64,000 nucleotides of DNA from Candidatus Micrarchaeota archaeon. GTDB lineage: Archaea > Micrarchaeota > Micrarchaeia > Anstonellales > Bilamarchaeaceae. The notes under the pieces were generated by a model. The model worked only from the letters and a program-made list of their open reading frames with translations. It did no database searches and was not told the origin of the DNA. This document shows, one piece after another, positions 1 through 8,768 of the stretch. Made by a program: the position numbers and the translations under genes. Where the stretch lies: contig JAGMCT010000001.1 of assembly GCA_023129075.1 (NCBI GenBank), positions 2,099 to 66,098 of the forward strand, in the 5' to 3' direction. How positions within the stretch are numbered: position 1 is the first letter of the stretch; the number at the start of each line of letters is the position of its first letter.

Positions 1-158
1 AAGAATAGTAAAGGCCCAGGGTACAGAAACTATAATACCTATGAAAAAAGAAAGCAGTAAAAAATACAGGATTTCTTTTTTTTCTATTCCAAAAATCATA
101 TACAGGATTCAGGGGGAATGTTTTTTAAACTTTAGAAAAAGAGTAGAGCAGAAAGGTA

Positions 159-195
159 TTCAAAAAAATTTACTTGCGTTTTATCTTCTAGAAGC
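159..195 (+). repeat. 37-nt direct repeat, copy A (partner at 2202-2238)
   Basis: Hand alignment: 33/37 identical to 2202-2238. The two copies bracket the 293-1966 gene. Confidence 0.8.
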
Positions 196-292
196 AATTC
201 TTCCTACGAAGGAATCTAAGACCTTTTCACAATTAAAAAAATAACAAGAATAAAAAAGATTAAAAACTGTTGGAACATATCAAAAAAAAGAA

Positions 293-1966
293 TCAGTTTT
301 CAAATTTATATATGTCAAAATCTTTATTATGCCATATTCTTTTGCCATATTTTGGAATAGTAGATGAATTAGTCAGAATATAATCTATTGAGTAAAGGGA
401 ATAAGTTGAGCAATTCAATTCATTGTAAATGTTATTCTGAAAAATGTATCTTACAATTGGTAATTTTGGATAATATATTGAGTTTGATTCAACTGATTTG
501 AAATAATATGTTTCATTAAAAACATTAGAAGCAAAACAGTATCTATCAATCAGCTCTTTTTTAGAAAGGAATATATATCCTTTTTCTTGTTGAAATATAT
601 ATACTTTGTTATGGGTAAGGTGAAGAATACTGGAAACATATTTCATGTCTGATAGAACTACTGAATTCTTATCTGTATTTTTATCTAGCCAATTAAGAGT
701 TTCTATAAATGAAGGTTCTAGTAATTTATTCTCAAAAGAACCATTTAAAAATGAAAAAAACTGGAGGAAAAACATCAAAAGAATTAAAAAAGAGGTCAAA
801 AAAAACACGTATCTTTTCGACAGTCTTATTTTGTTCAAGAAAAAGACAGATAATATTCCTATTGAAATTGGTTTTATTACATATTGAATAAAATGGTGAG
901 GTTGTAAGTAAAAACTTGTTATCACATGTATATTGAGTACAATAAACATGGAAAAAGCTAGAGCTAAGAAAAAAAATCCAATGAATCTTCTTTTAAATAG
1001 AAAAATGGAGATTATAAAAAGAAGGGAGATAAAAAAGATAGATTGTGGGGGAAAAATAGGGGTATTTGTCATCACTAATCTCCAAAAAGAGAGTACGTCT
1101 TTACTTATGGGGTTGGATAAAAAAAGTAAATAATTAGCAATGCCAAATAAAGCAATAACTCCAAGTAAAAGTAAAGGGACCATTCTTTTTTTTACCTCTT
1201 GAATTTTAGTTTTAGAAAATAAAAAAATCATAAAATAATATATCAACAAGAAAAGGAAGAAAAAACTAACGAGATAAGGATAAAAATAAATAACCGAACC
1301 CCCTACAAGAACAAAAAGAAATGTAAATAATTTATCTTTTGGATTTCTTTCGTAGAGAATAAAAAAACCTAATGCAAAGAATAGAATCCACGCAGATAAC
1401 AATGGTTGTCCTAATCTTACTGCAATCACGATTCTTGGTATTCCAAATAGATCATCTACGAAGGAGAATACTTGAGCTAATTGAGGGAATGTAGTTATCA
1501 AGAATGAAAGAATTATCTGCGGCAAATATACCCCAACAAAAGCCATGTATGTACCAATAACTGAATAAGAAATATTTTTGCAAAATGAATACAAGAAAAA
1601 GAAAAATGAAAAAAATAAAATAGATGAAAAAACTAGAAAAAAGAGACAAATGTAAAATTTTGTAGGACCTCCACCAATTAAAAATAAAATATAACCTATA
1701 AAGTCAGATAAAGAATACATTGGATTGTAAAAAAAATTTGCATCTCTCTGTTCTGCAGTATAATCTTCAGACGTTAAAATATTGCCATCGCCTAACTCTG
1801 AAAATCTGAGAGTGTATATCCCTGCATCCCCTCTTTCCCAAGTAACAAAACTTAAACCATATTGTGGAAGATAAAAAAAATGAAAAGAAGAAATCAGAAA
1901 AACAAAGATAAAAAAAGGAACATAGAATTCTTTTTTAAATATAAAATCAAATATTCTAAATTGCAT
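293..1966 (-). CDS. Polytopic integral membrane protein with C-terminal soluble domain; possible GT-C-type glycosyltransferase or glycan polymerase (function not established)
   Basis: 557-aa ORF. The N-terminal ~400 aa is a run of F/L/I-rich hydrophobic helices and the C-terminal ~130 aa is hydrophilic. It lies in a glycan-biosynthesis neighbourhood. Confidence 0.65.
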   Translation of the reverse strand: MQFRIFDFIFKKEFYVPFFIFVFLISSFHFFYLPQYGLSFVTWERGDAGIYTLRFSELGDGNILTSEDYTAEQRDANFFYNPMYSLSDFIGYILFLIGGGPTKFYICLFFLVFSSILFFSFFFFLYSFCKNISYSVIGTYMAFVGVYLPQIILSFLITTFPQLAQVFSFVDDLFGIPRIVIAVRLGQPLLSAWILFFALGFFILYERNPKDKLFTFLFVLVGGSVIYFYPYLVSFFFLFLLIYYFMIFLFSKTKIQEVKKRMVPLLLLGVIALFGIANYLLFLSNPISKDVLSFWRLVMTNTPIFPPQSIFFISLLFIISIFLFKRRFIGFFFLALAFSMFIVLNIHVITSFYLQPHHFIQYVIKPISIGILSVFFLNKIRLSKRYVFFLTSFLILLMFFLQFFSFLNGSFENKLLEPSFIETLNWLDKNTDKNSVVLSDMKYVSSILHLTHNKVYIFQQEKGYIFLSKKELIDRYCFASNVFNETYYFKSVESNSIYYPKLPIVRYIFQNNIYNELNCSTYSLYSIDYILTNSSTIPKYGKRIWHNKDFDIYKFEN

Positions 1967-2201
1967 GAAATATGATACTTACCAATCAATTAAAAATATG
2001 TGGGTTACGAATTAATTACAAATAAAAAATAATTTATAAAAGAGAGAACAAAACAACAATACTTGATATAATTAATCTAAAAGAACAAAAACTTCTTCTT
2101 GGAAACTGGCTATTTGCCAATGGTGGGGGGATACTAAAGAAGAAAAGAGGATATAAAATTGCTTCTCCATGGTTTATTCATAACCAAAAGCTATAAAACC
2201 T

Positions 2202-2238
2202 TTCAAGAAAATTTACTTACGTTTTATCTTTTGGAAGC
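2202..2238 (+). repeat. 37-nt direct repeat, copy B (partner at 159-195)
   Basis: ttcaagaaaatttacttacgttttatcttttggaagc versus ttcaaaaaaatttacttgcgttttatcttctagaagc. Confidence 0.8.
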
Positions 2239-2281
2239 TAAGCCGTTACTAAAAAAATAAATTGAATGTGGGATTGGAAAC

Positions 2282-2836
2282 ATGAAAAAACTAAATTTGG
2301 GGTGTGGGAAGTTCAAAAAGAAAGGGTATGTTAATGTGGATATAGATAAAAGAACTGGAGCTGACATCATACACAATCTTGACGAAATACCCTATCCTTT
2401 TGAAGATAATGAATTTGATCTGATAGAAGCAGACCATGTGCTTGAGCATCTGAAAGACCCGTTCAAAATAATAAAAGAACTTTATAGGATAACAAAAAAG
2501 AAGGGAAAGATTGTAATCAGAGTCCCGCATTTCAGCAGAGGATTCACTCATCCGGACCATAAAAGGGGTTTTGATGTTTCCTTCCCTTATTACTTCAACC
2601 CTTTATTTAAAGGAGGATATACAGGCACTGAGCTTAAGCTGGAAAGGATAAAATTTACCTGGAACGCACAGCCATACTTGAAAAAAACGCTTTTCCCTTT
2701 TTATATCTATTATCCTACTAGGGCAATTGGAATTGTAATTGATTTCTTTGCCAATTTATCTCCCATGATATGTTCAAGAATCTGGTGTTTTTGGGTTGGG
2801 GGGTTTGAAGAGATAGAATTTATTTTTGAAAAATAA
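2282..2836 (+). CDS. Class I SAM-dependent methyltransferase
   Basis: N-terminal LNLGCG glycine-rich SAM motif, VNVDI acidic loop, ADHVLEHL motif. Confidence 0.8.
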   Translation: MKKLNLGCGKFKKKGYVNVDIDKRTGADIIHNLDEIPYPFEDNEFDLIEADHVLEHLKDPFKIIKELYRITKKKGKIVIRVPHFSRGFTHPDHKRGFDVSFPYYFNPLFKGGYTGTELKLERIKFTWNAQPYLKKTLFPFYIYYPTRAIGIVIDFFANLSPMICSRIWCFWVGGFEEIEFIFEK

Positions 2837-2840
2837 GAAA

Positions 2841-3557
2841 CTATTTCTTTTTGGCGAGTAGAAATACGCTGGTTCCGAAGGGGATGCGGAGATTATGAAG
2901 AAATAACCAATTCTCAATCTTAAGTAAATTTATTAATATAAAATTGAAGAAAGAGGGAACAGATGAGAGAGTATTTGGATTTTTTCTTTTGAAAAAGGAT
3001 TCTGTTTTGGAAACGAAAAGGAGAGGGAAAAAAGAAATCAGGTTCCAGTAACTTGAAAGAATCATATCAAATTTTCCTTTAAAGAGTTCTTCAAAATCTT
3101 TTCTTCTGAATCTTAATTTATGGCCCCCTGTTTCGTCATTTGAAGACCATAATAACATGAAGGCAGGAACAGAAGCAAAAACATAACCGCCTTTCTTTGT
3201 AACTCTGAGCAACTCAGCTACTGTCTTCTTCTGGTCTTCAACATGCTCTATTACATCCATTATTATAACGAAATCAAATTCTTCATTCTTGAAAGGGAGG
3301 TCCTGGGCATCTGCAAGAAGTATGTTTTCCTTATCTTTAAGGTATTTGAATACCTCTTCGCTTGAATCAATCCCCCATACCTCTTTGAAATTTTTCTTGA
3401 GTACCGGGAAGTTTGCACCTACACCGCAACCTATATCCAAACATTTTCCCTTTAAATTATATTTTTTTATGATTGACTTGAGGATCTTTCTTCTGGAAAC
3501 GTACCACCAATTTGTTCTTTCCATCCTGGCTATCTCTTCGTACTGGAATCTTTCCAT
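2841..3557 (-). CDS. Class I SAM-dependent methyltransferase
   Basis: CLDIGCGVGAN motif I, GIDSS, FDFVIIMDVIEHV. Confidence 0.85.
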   Translation of the reverse strand: MERFQYEEIARMERTNWWYVSRRKILKSIIKKYNLKGKCLDIGCGVGANFPVLKKNFKEVWGIDSSEEVFKYLKDKENILLADAQDLPFKNEEFDFVIIMDVIEHVEDQKKTVAELLRVTKKGGYVFASVPAFMLLWSSNDETGGHKLRFRRKDFEELFKGKFDMILSSYWNLISFFPLLFVSKTESFFKRKNPNTLSSVPSFFNFILINLLKIENWLFLHNLRIPFGTSVFLLAKKK

Positions 3558-5363
3558 TCAATCACCAAAAAATCTTTTATACCAAATCTGGAATGAAAGA
3601 ATAATCCAAAGTTGTCTTGCATAATATAAATTGGAACTCTTAAGTCCCTCAAGGGCTTTTTCTACATAATCCCAGGAGAAAATTTGCTGTTGTTGGATAG
3701 TTTTCTTATCCAGGTAGGTGTTTATAAATCCTTTTTTATCTAAAAACCATTTTCCAATCGGAACAAAAAACCTGTCTTTTTTTCTGTTTATTATTTCCTT
3801 TGGAAGAAGGTCTGAACAGGTCTTTCTCAGGATATATTTATCAATTCCTTTGTGTATCTTTTGGGAAGCCGGAATTGAACTGGTTGTCTCGATTATTCTA
3901 TGGTCCAGGAAAGGAACCCTGCCTTCAACAGAAGCCCCCATAGTCATACGGTCAAGTTTTATGAGTAAATCATCAGGGATGAGAGTCTTTATTTCATAGT
4001 TCATAACAGAATTCAAATCCTCTGTAAGCGGCACATTGTCTTTTATCTGCAAACTGCTGACCTCTTTTATCTCCTCATCAGAGAAAATAGAGACCATATC
4101 AAAATAGGCTTTTTCATAATTATTAGAGGAAATATGTGACAGAAAAAATTGGGCCCTTTCTGTTCCTTTTTTTCCTAATTCAGAGGAATACTTAAAGAAA
4201 AGGTCAAGAATGGGCTTCGGAGTGTATTTTAATGCCGGAATGGCCAAGGGTGCGGTAATTTTGCCGTACTTCTTTCCAAAGTCCAGGAATTTGTACTGTT
4301 CATAGCCCCCGAATTGCTCGTCCGCCCCTTCTCCTGTAAGCACAACCGTTACCTTTTTCTTTGCAAGCCTGGAAAGTATCAAGACTGGTATGGAAGTAGG
4401 GTCGGACATTGGTTCATCTAAAAAACCAACAACCTCTTCAAGAAGATGAAGATTGTCTGAATCTACCTGGAATTCTGTATGGTCTGTTCCATAGTGATCC
4501 GAAGCAATCCTTGCATAGTTTGTTTCATCGTGCCTTTCATCTCCGAAACCTATAGAAAATGTTTTTACCTTATCGGAAAACTTGGACATCAAACCAGTGA
4601 TAATGGTGGAATCTATTCCTCCGGAAAGATAAGCGCCCAGCGGAACCTCGCTCATTAAACGTATCTTAACAGAATCTTCAATAAGGGAACGGAGATTCTC
4701 TGGATTTCTCTTTTTTTCGCTGAGATTCCAGAATTTCCTTTTTGAAATTTTTCCTCCGGAAAAACTGACTATCTCTGCAGGAAGAACCCTTTTTATTCCC
4801 TTGAAGAGGGTGTTTTCTCCGGGAATGAAACGGTAACGTAAGAGAAGAGGAAGAACGTCCTTATTCAATTTTTTTCTGAAGGAAGGATGGGCTAGGATTG
4901 CCTTCATTTCAGAAGCAAAAATTCCTTCATTTGTATAATGTAAAGGTTTTATGCCGAGGCGGTCACGAATCAGGTGAAGCTTCTTTTTGTTGGAGTCCCA
5001 AAGAGCTATGGCAAACATACCATTGAGGTATTTAGGAAAATCAAGTCCGTACTCCTCATAAAGGTGGACTATCACTTCAGTATCTGAATTGGTGGAGAAT
5101 GAATGTCCCTTTCCTTCCAGAGAGGACCTAAGTTCTTTGTAATTGTAAATCTCCCCATTGTAAACAATCCAGATGGAGCCATCTTCATTTGAGAGAGGTT
5201 GTTTTCCCCCCTCAACATCAATTATACTTAGTCTTCTGTGGCCAAGAGAGATATGTTTATCAGTATATAATCCTTCGCCGTCCGGGCCTCGGTGGGACAA
5301 CAGAGAACACATCTTCTTGAGCAGTTTTTTGTCTGTTCCAAAAAAACCGCAGATTCCGCACAT
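3558..5363 (-). CDS. asnB: Asparagine synthase (glutamine-hydrolysing) family amidotransferase
   Basis: MCGICGFFG N-terminal nucleophile Cys, YLSGGIDST PP-loop motif, 601 aa. Confidence 0.9.
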   Translation of the reverse strand: MCGICGFFGTDKKLLKKMCSLLSHRGPDGEGLYTDKHISLGHRRLSIIDVEGGKQPLSNEDGSIWIVYNGEIYNYKELRSSLEGKGHSFSTNSDTEVIVHLYEEYGLDFPKYLNGMFAIALWDSNKKKLHLIRDRLGIKPLHYTNEGIFASEMKAILAHPSFRKKLNKDVLPLLLRYRFIPGENTLFKGIKRVLPAEIVSFSGGKISKRKFWNLSEKKRNPENLRSLIEDSVKIRLMSEVPLGAYLSGGIDSTIITGLMSKFSDKVKTFSIGFGDERHDETNYARIASDHYGTDHTEFQVDSDNLHLLEEVVGFLDEPMSDPTSIPVLILSRLAKKKVTVVLTGEGADEQFGGYEQYKFLDFGKKYGKITAPLAIPALKYTPKPILDLFFKYSSELGKKGTERAQFFLSHISSNNYEKAYFDMVSIFSDEEIKEVSSLQIKDNVPLTEDLNSVMNYEIKTLIPDDLLIKLDRMTMGASVEGRVPFLDHRIIETTSSIPASQKIHKGIDKYILRKTCSDLLPKEIINRKKDRFFVPIGKWFLDKKGFINTYLDKKTIQQQQIFSWDYVEKALEGLKSSNLYYARQLWIILSFQIWYKRFFGD

Positions 5364-5365
5364 CT

Positions 5366-6280
5366 CTATACCTCTTCCTTTATGTGATAAGTTTCTTTAT
5401 CAGTATAATACACACGTGTTATCATTTCTCCGAGAAAACCAAGAGCAAATAGCTGAAAACCTACAAGAATGAACAGAACGCCGGCGAGTAGAAGAGGGCC
5501 AACAACAAGAGGTTCTGAAAACAGGATTAATAAAAGGAGTTTGTAAACAGCTATCAAAACACCGACTGCACCGAATGCAACGCCGAGAAGACCGAAAAAA
5601 TGCAGCGGCCTGGAACTGTAAGAAGCCCAAAATCTCAAGAAAAGCATATCAAGGAACCCATAAAGTAATCTGGAGAATCCGTATTTGGTTGTTCCTTTTT
5701 TTCGTTTGTGGTGTTTAACTTCCAGCTCAATGCCCTTATAGCCCCTCTGTTCGAGTATTATAGGTATGTATCTGTGAAGCTGGCCGTAAAGGGAAATATC
5801 CTGCAGGCATTCCATTTTGTATGCTCTTAGAGTGCACCCAATGTCATGAAACTTTGTTGAAAGAATGGTTCTTGCAAGTATGCTTCTTATCTTAGAGAAA
5901 AACCTTTTCTCTATTGAATCGCTTCTCTTTTTTCTCCAGCCAACTACGAAGTCAACGCCTTCATTTAACTTGGAAAGAAGCATAGGTATATCTACAGGGT
6001 CATTCTGCAAATCAGCATCCATGCTTATGATTATATCTCCTTTGGCGTTCTTGAAGCCGGAATCCAGGGCTGCTGTCTGCCCGAAATTTCTCCCGAAACG
6101 GATTACCCGGATGCAGGAATTCTTCTTTTTTAATTCTTTGAGAAGCTCAAAGGAGCCGTCAGTACTTCCGTCATCAACAAAAAGAATTTCATGTTCTTGT
6201 TTTAGGTTTTTTTCTATGGCGTTGACTAAATTCTCAATGTTCTCCTTTTCATTATAAAGCGGAACAACGATACTTATCAT
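5366..6280 (-). CDS. Family 2 glycosyltransferase, polyprenyl-phosphate sugar transferase type (GtrB/DPM-like) with C-terminal TM helices
   Basis: IVVPLYNE, VDDGSTDGS, DADLQNDP motifs; hydrophobic C-terminal ~80 aa. Confidence 0.9.
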   Translation of the reverse strand: MISIVVPLYNEKENIENLVNAIEKNLKQEHEILFVDDGSTDGSFELLKELKKKNSCIRVIRFGRNFGQTAALDSGFKNAKGDIIISMDADLQNDPVDIPMLLSKLNEGVDFVVGWRKKRSDSIEKRFFSKIRSILARTILSTKFHDIGCTLRAYKMECLQDISLYGQLHRYIPIILEQRGYKGIELEVKHHKRKKGTTKYGFSRLLYGFLDMLFLRFWASYSSRPLHFFGLLGVAFGAVGVLIAVYKLLLLILFSEPLVVGPLLLAGVLFILVGFQLFALGFLGEMITRVYYTDKETYHIKEEV

Positions 6281-6341
6281 AAGGAGTATTCATTGAATTA
6301 GAATTAAAAAAGTTCCTACTTTCTAGAAACCAGAATACAAT

Positions 6342-6440
6342 GTTAAAAATTCAAGGAACTCAGAAGCTACTAAGCTGGTGCAAGAAGCGTGCGGAGTAGC
6401 GTATTGATAAGATCATGATTACGACGTAAGTGAGCATTAA
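6342..6440 (+). repeat. Intergenic repeat family R, copy 1
   Basis: A/T box TTAAAAA, 9 nt, CTCAGAAGCTAC, 22 nt, GGAGTAGC, then ATGATTACGAC..AAGTG..ATTAA. Same layout as copies 2 and 3. Confidence 0.8.
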
Positions 6441-6499
6441 AACTATTGAGGTTAATAAGATTATTAAACTTCTGAGATTCAATTCAGTTATATGAACCG

Positions 6500-6925
6500 C
6501 TATAACTTCAACAATGCTTCGATCTTTTTTACAAATTCTTCCGCAAATGAAACAATTCTCTGTGCCTCGTCGTCGGTTGGATAGTAATCGCCAGCATACA
6601 TTGTTTTATGCCTTTTGTCTCTGTACTGATCGAATAAATCAATATTAGAAATTCCCACTTCTTTTGAGTATTTTGTTTCTAAGTATCTTGCTACACATGC
6701 ATGACTTTTCTCTCTAAATCCATCTCTGAAAAGTACTGCTCTTGCCGCATCCAACATGGAAGTATATGCAGATAAGACTGCAGAATTAGGGGAGTTTATC
6801 TTCAGCGCTTTTTTAGCTTCTTCAAGGAGAACCCTGGCTTTTTTCAGTTGTTCTTCAGACTGCCTTTTTGATGGCGGAATCTTTCTGAGCAGTCCTTTTT
6901 CGATACAATCATTAAAATCAATCAC
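6500..6925 (-). CDS. HEPN domain protein (toxin partner of HEPN-MNT pair)
   Basis: 141-aa helical protein with FRDGFREKSHACVARYL and YRDKRHKTMYAG segments; 4-bp overlap with the upstream nucleotidyltransferase gene. Confidence 0.7.
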   Translation of the reverse strand: MIDFNDCIEKGLLRKIPPSKRQSEEQLKKARVLLEEAKKALKINSPNSAVLSAYTSMLDAARAVLFRDGFREKSHACVARYLETKYSKEVGISNIDLFDQYRDKRHKTMYAGDYYPTDDEAQRIVSFAEEFVKKIEALLKL

Positions 6926-7464
6926 AAACCTTCACCCCATAGGATTATTCCATTATAAAGCGAGAAATAAAATGCATCGCTTTTTTCTCTAAAATGTTTC
7001 AATCTTTCAGGCGTAGCAATTGTTAAATCAACCGGAACACCTAATTTCTTTTCGAGCTTCTTTCTCGTTTTTGCCAGTTCAAGATCTGCTGGTTCATTAT
7101 CCATTTTAACCCAAATATCTAAATCAGCTCCCTCTAGATTAGTTCCGTTTGCCCAGCTCCCGTATATACCAATACTCTTTGATTTTGGAAGGTGATTCTT
7201 CAAAATAGCTACCAATCTTTTTTCTTGTATCCGTTTAATATTAAATAGTAATCTAAGAGTTTTTGTTATGGGAATTTCCTGCAACCTATTTTGATCAACC
7301 AGTCTTTCTTTTCTTAAAATAGTTACATATTTGTGAATCTGCCCTACACTTAATCTCAGCTCTCGGGCCAGTTTGTTCATGTTGATTTCATTGGAAGGAT
7401 TCTTCAATAAATATCTTAGAATTTTCTCTCTTTCTTCAGTGGATAATAGCGTATGTATATTCAT
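6922..7464 (-). CDS. Minimal nucleotidyltransferase (MNT) with N-terminal winged-HTH
   Basis: IGIYGSWANGTNLEGADLDIWV (GS..D.D nucleotidyltransferase signature); N-terminal NKLARELRLSVGQIHKYVTIL HTH-like segment. Confidence 0.85.
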   Translation of the reverse strand: MNIHTLLSTEEREKILRYLLKNPSNEINMNKLARELRLSVGQIHKYVTILRKERLVDQNRLQEIPITKTLRLLFNIKRIQEKRLVAILKNHLPKSKSIGIYGSWANGTNLEGADLDIWVKMDNEPADLELAKTRKKLEKKLGVPVDLTIATPERLKHFREKSDAFYFSLYNGIILWGEGL

Positions 7465-7503
7465 ATGGTGTGAATATGCTATTCATGATTTATAAATGTT
7501 TCG

Positions 7504-7518
7504 TTCACATTTTGTGAA
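7504..7518. promoter_or_regulatory. Candidate operator TTCACA-ttt-TGTGAA upstream of the MNT-HEPN operon
   Basis: 6-bp inverted arms at 7504-7509 and 7513-7518. A third TGTGAA lies at 7469-7474. The TTTATAAA box at 7489-7496 is ~28 nt from the MNT start codon. Confidence 0.35.
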
Positions 7519-7532
7519 TAAGTAAAGGGCGA

Positions 7533-7629
7533 TTTTAAATGTTAGTGGCTCAGAAGCTACTGTGACAATCAACATGATTGATGGAGTAACATGATTTTGA
7601 AAAGTGATTACGACATAAGTGGATATTGA
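7533..7629 (+). repeat. Intergenic repeat family R, copy 2
   Basis: TTTTAAA, 9 nt, CTCAGAAGCTAC, 22 nt, GGAGTAAC ATGATTTTGAAAAGT GATTACGAC AT AAGTG. Confidence 0.8.
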
Positions 7630-7687
7630 GAATACTAACGTATTGGTTTATATATTGCGCTTGTAAAGTAATATTGAGGTGAGTTAA

Positions 7688-7966
7688 ATGACTGAAGAAG
7701 AAAAGAAAGAAGAACTTAAGGTAAAAAAGAAAAAGGAAACAACAGAACCCTTTGTGATGGATAAGATAAAAGAAGGGATAATAAAAGCAGGGGGAACAGC
7801 AGAGCTTGCTGGAAAGGTTGCGCTGGATGTGGCGACATGGGCAAAGGAAACGGCAAAAGAGGGCGTTATAACAACAGTTGAGATACAAAAGAAAACAGTT
7901 GAGTTGCTTGCAGAGACGAATAAAGATATCTCAATAGCATTCCAGGAATTTGTGAAAAAGGTCTAA
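7688..7966 (+). CDS. Stand-alone ATP-cone domain protein with lysine/glutamate-rich N-terminus
   Basis: 92 aa; VMDKIKEGIIKAGGTAELAGKVALDV...GVITTVEIQKKTVELL matches the ATP-cone helix pattern. Confidence 0.55.
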   Translation: MTEEEKKEELKVKKKKETTEPFVMDKIKEGIIKAGGTAELAGKVALDVATWAKETAKEGVITTVEIQKKTVELLAETNKDISIAFQEFVKKV

Positions 7967-8053
7967 ATGACCAGATGATGGTGGGTGCTTTTCACCCCCC
8001 ATCTTCCTATTTTCCTGTGCACCAGATAAGTTTTTGTTCTCATTTACTCGGTC

Positions 8054-8149
8054 TTTTTATAATAATGACTCAGAAGCTACATTGACAATCAAGTTGTTTA
8101 TCGGAGTAGCATGATTTTAGAAAGCAGTTACACATTAATGGAATATTAA
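8054..8149 (+). repeat. Intergenic repeat family R, copy 3
   Basis: TTTTTATA, 7 nt, CTCAGAAGCTAC, 22 nt, GGAGTAGC ATGATTTTAGAAAGCA GTTACAC AT TAATG. Confidence 0.8.
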
Positions 8150-8177
8150 CTTTAATGATGTTATTAACTCGATTAGC

Positions 8178-8747
8178 CTAATCCCTCATAAAACCAAATC
8201 TCTTATTTTTTGCAGTCATCTTGATGAAATGCTCAAGGCTACTCCGAAAAGCATCATTTCCCTGAAGCTTTCGGTGTTCGATATAGGCAATCCGTATGCG
8301 TTTGTAGTGGTCTGGAAGCCTTTGAAAGTTTTTCCATGCGTCTGCGTTCTTCTTTATTTCGAAGAGGATTTCACTTGGGATCTTGAATTTTGTGGTATCT
8401 GAACCGGGGTTGAACACATGTGACACTGCAGCGAGACCTACAGGAGTTATCTTTTTGTTTGCTATCAGCTTTCTTATCCGCTCCAGGTTTAGTTGGGAAA
8501 GAATGCTTGTCCGCCTCCTCGGCGAATATCTTTGTGCGTATTTATCTTCGTCTATTCTTTTCACTATGCTATCTATCCAACCAAAGCAAAGTGCCTCTTC
8601 AACCGCGTCGTTGTAAGGTATACGTGCCGTTCCAGTGTGTTTCTTTGGGTAGATGAGCCAAATTTCCTTTTCTTTTCTATGATTTTTCGCAAGCCATGCG
8701 CGCCATGTTTTTCTTTTTGATACATAAAGAGTTTTTCCTATTTTCAT
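8178..8747 (-). CDS. YdeI/OmpD-associated family protein
   Basis: KEIWLIYPKKHTG...PYNDAVEEALCFGWIDSIVKRID... typical of the YdeI/OmdA family. Confidence 0.7.
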   Translation of the reverse strand: MKIGKTLYVSKRKTWRAWLAKNHRKEKEIWLIYPKKHTGTARIPYNDAVEEALCFGWIDSIVKRIDEDKYAQRYSPRRRTSILSQLNLERIRKLIANKKITPVGLAAVSHVFNPGSDTTKFKIPSEILFEIKKNADAWKNFQRLPDHYKRIRIAYIEHRKLQGNDAFRSSLEHFIKMTAKNKRFGFMRD

Positions 8748-8768
8748 AAACTACTTTCTTGAATTTAG

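Noticed and set aside
41-244. 67-aa plus-strand ORF at the window start
   Set aside because: It has no motif, and its 3' part is simply the 37-nt repeat. It is reported as a repeat rather than as a gene.
7550-7888. 112-aa minus-strand ORF
   Set aside because: It is antisense to the better-supported ATP-cone ORF, is Cys/Phe-rich low complexity, and runs into the R2 repeat. It is judged a shadow ORF.
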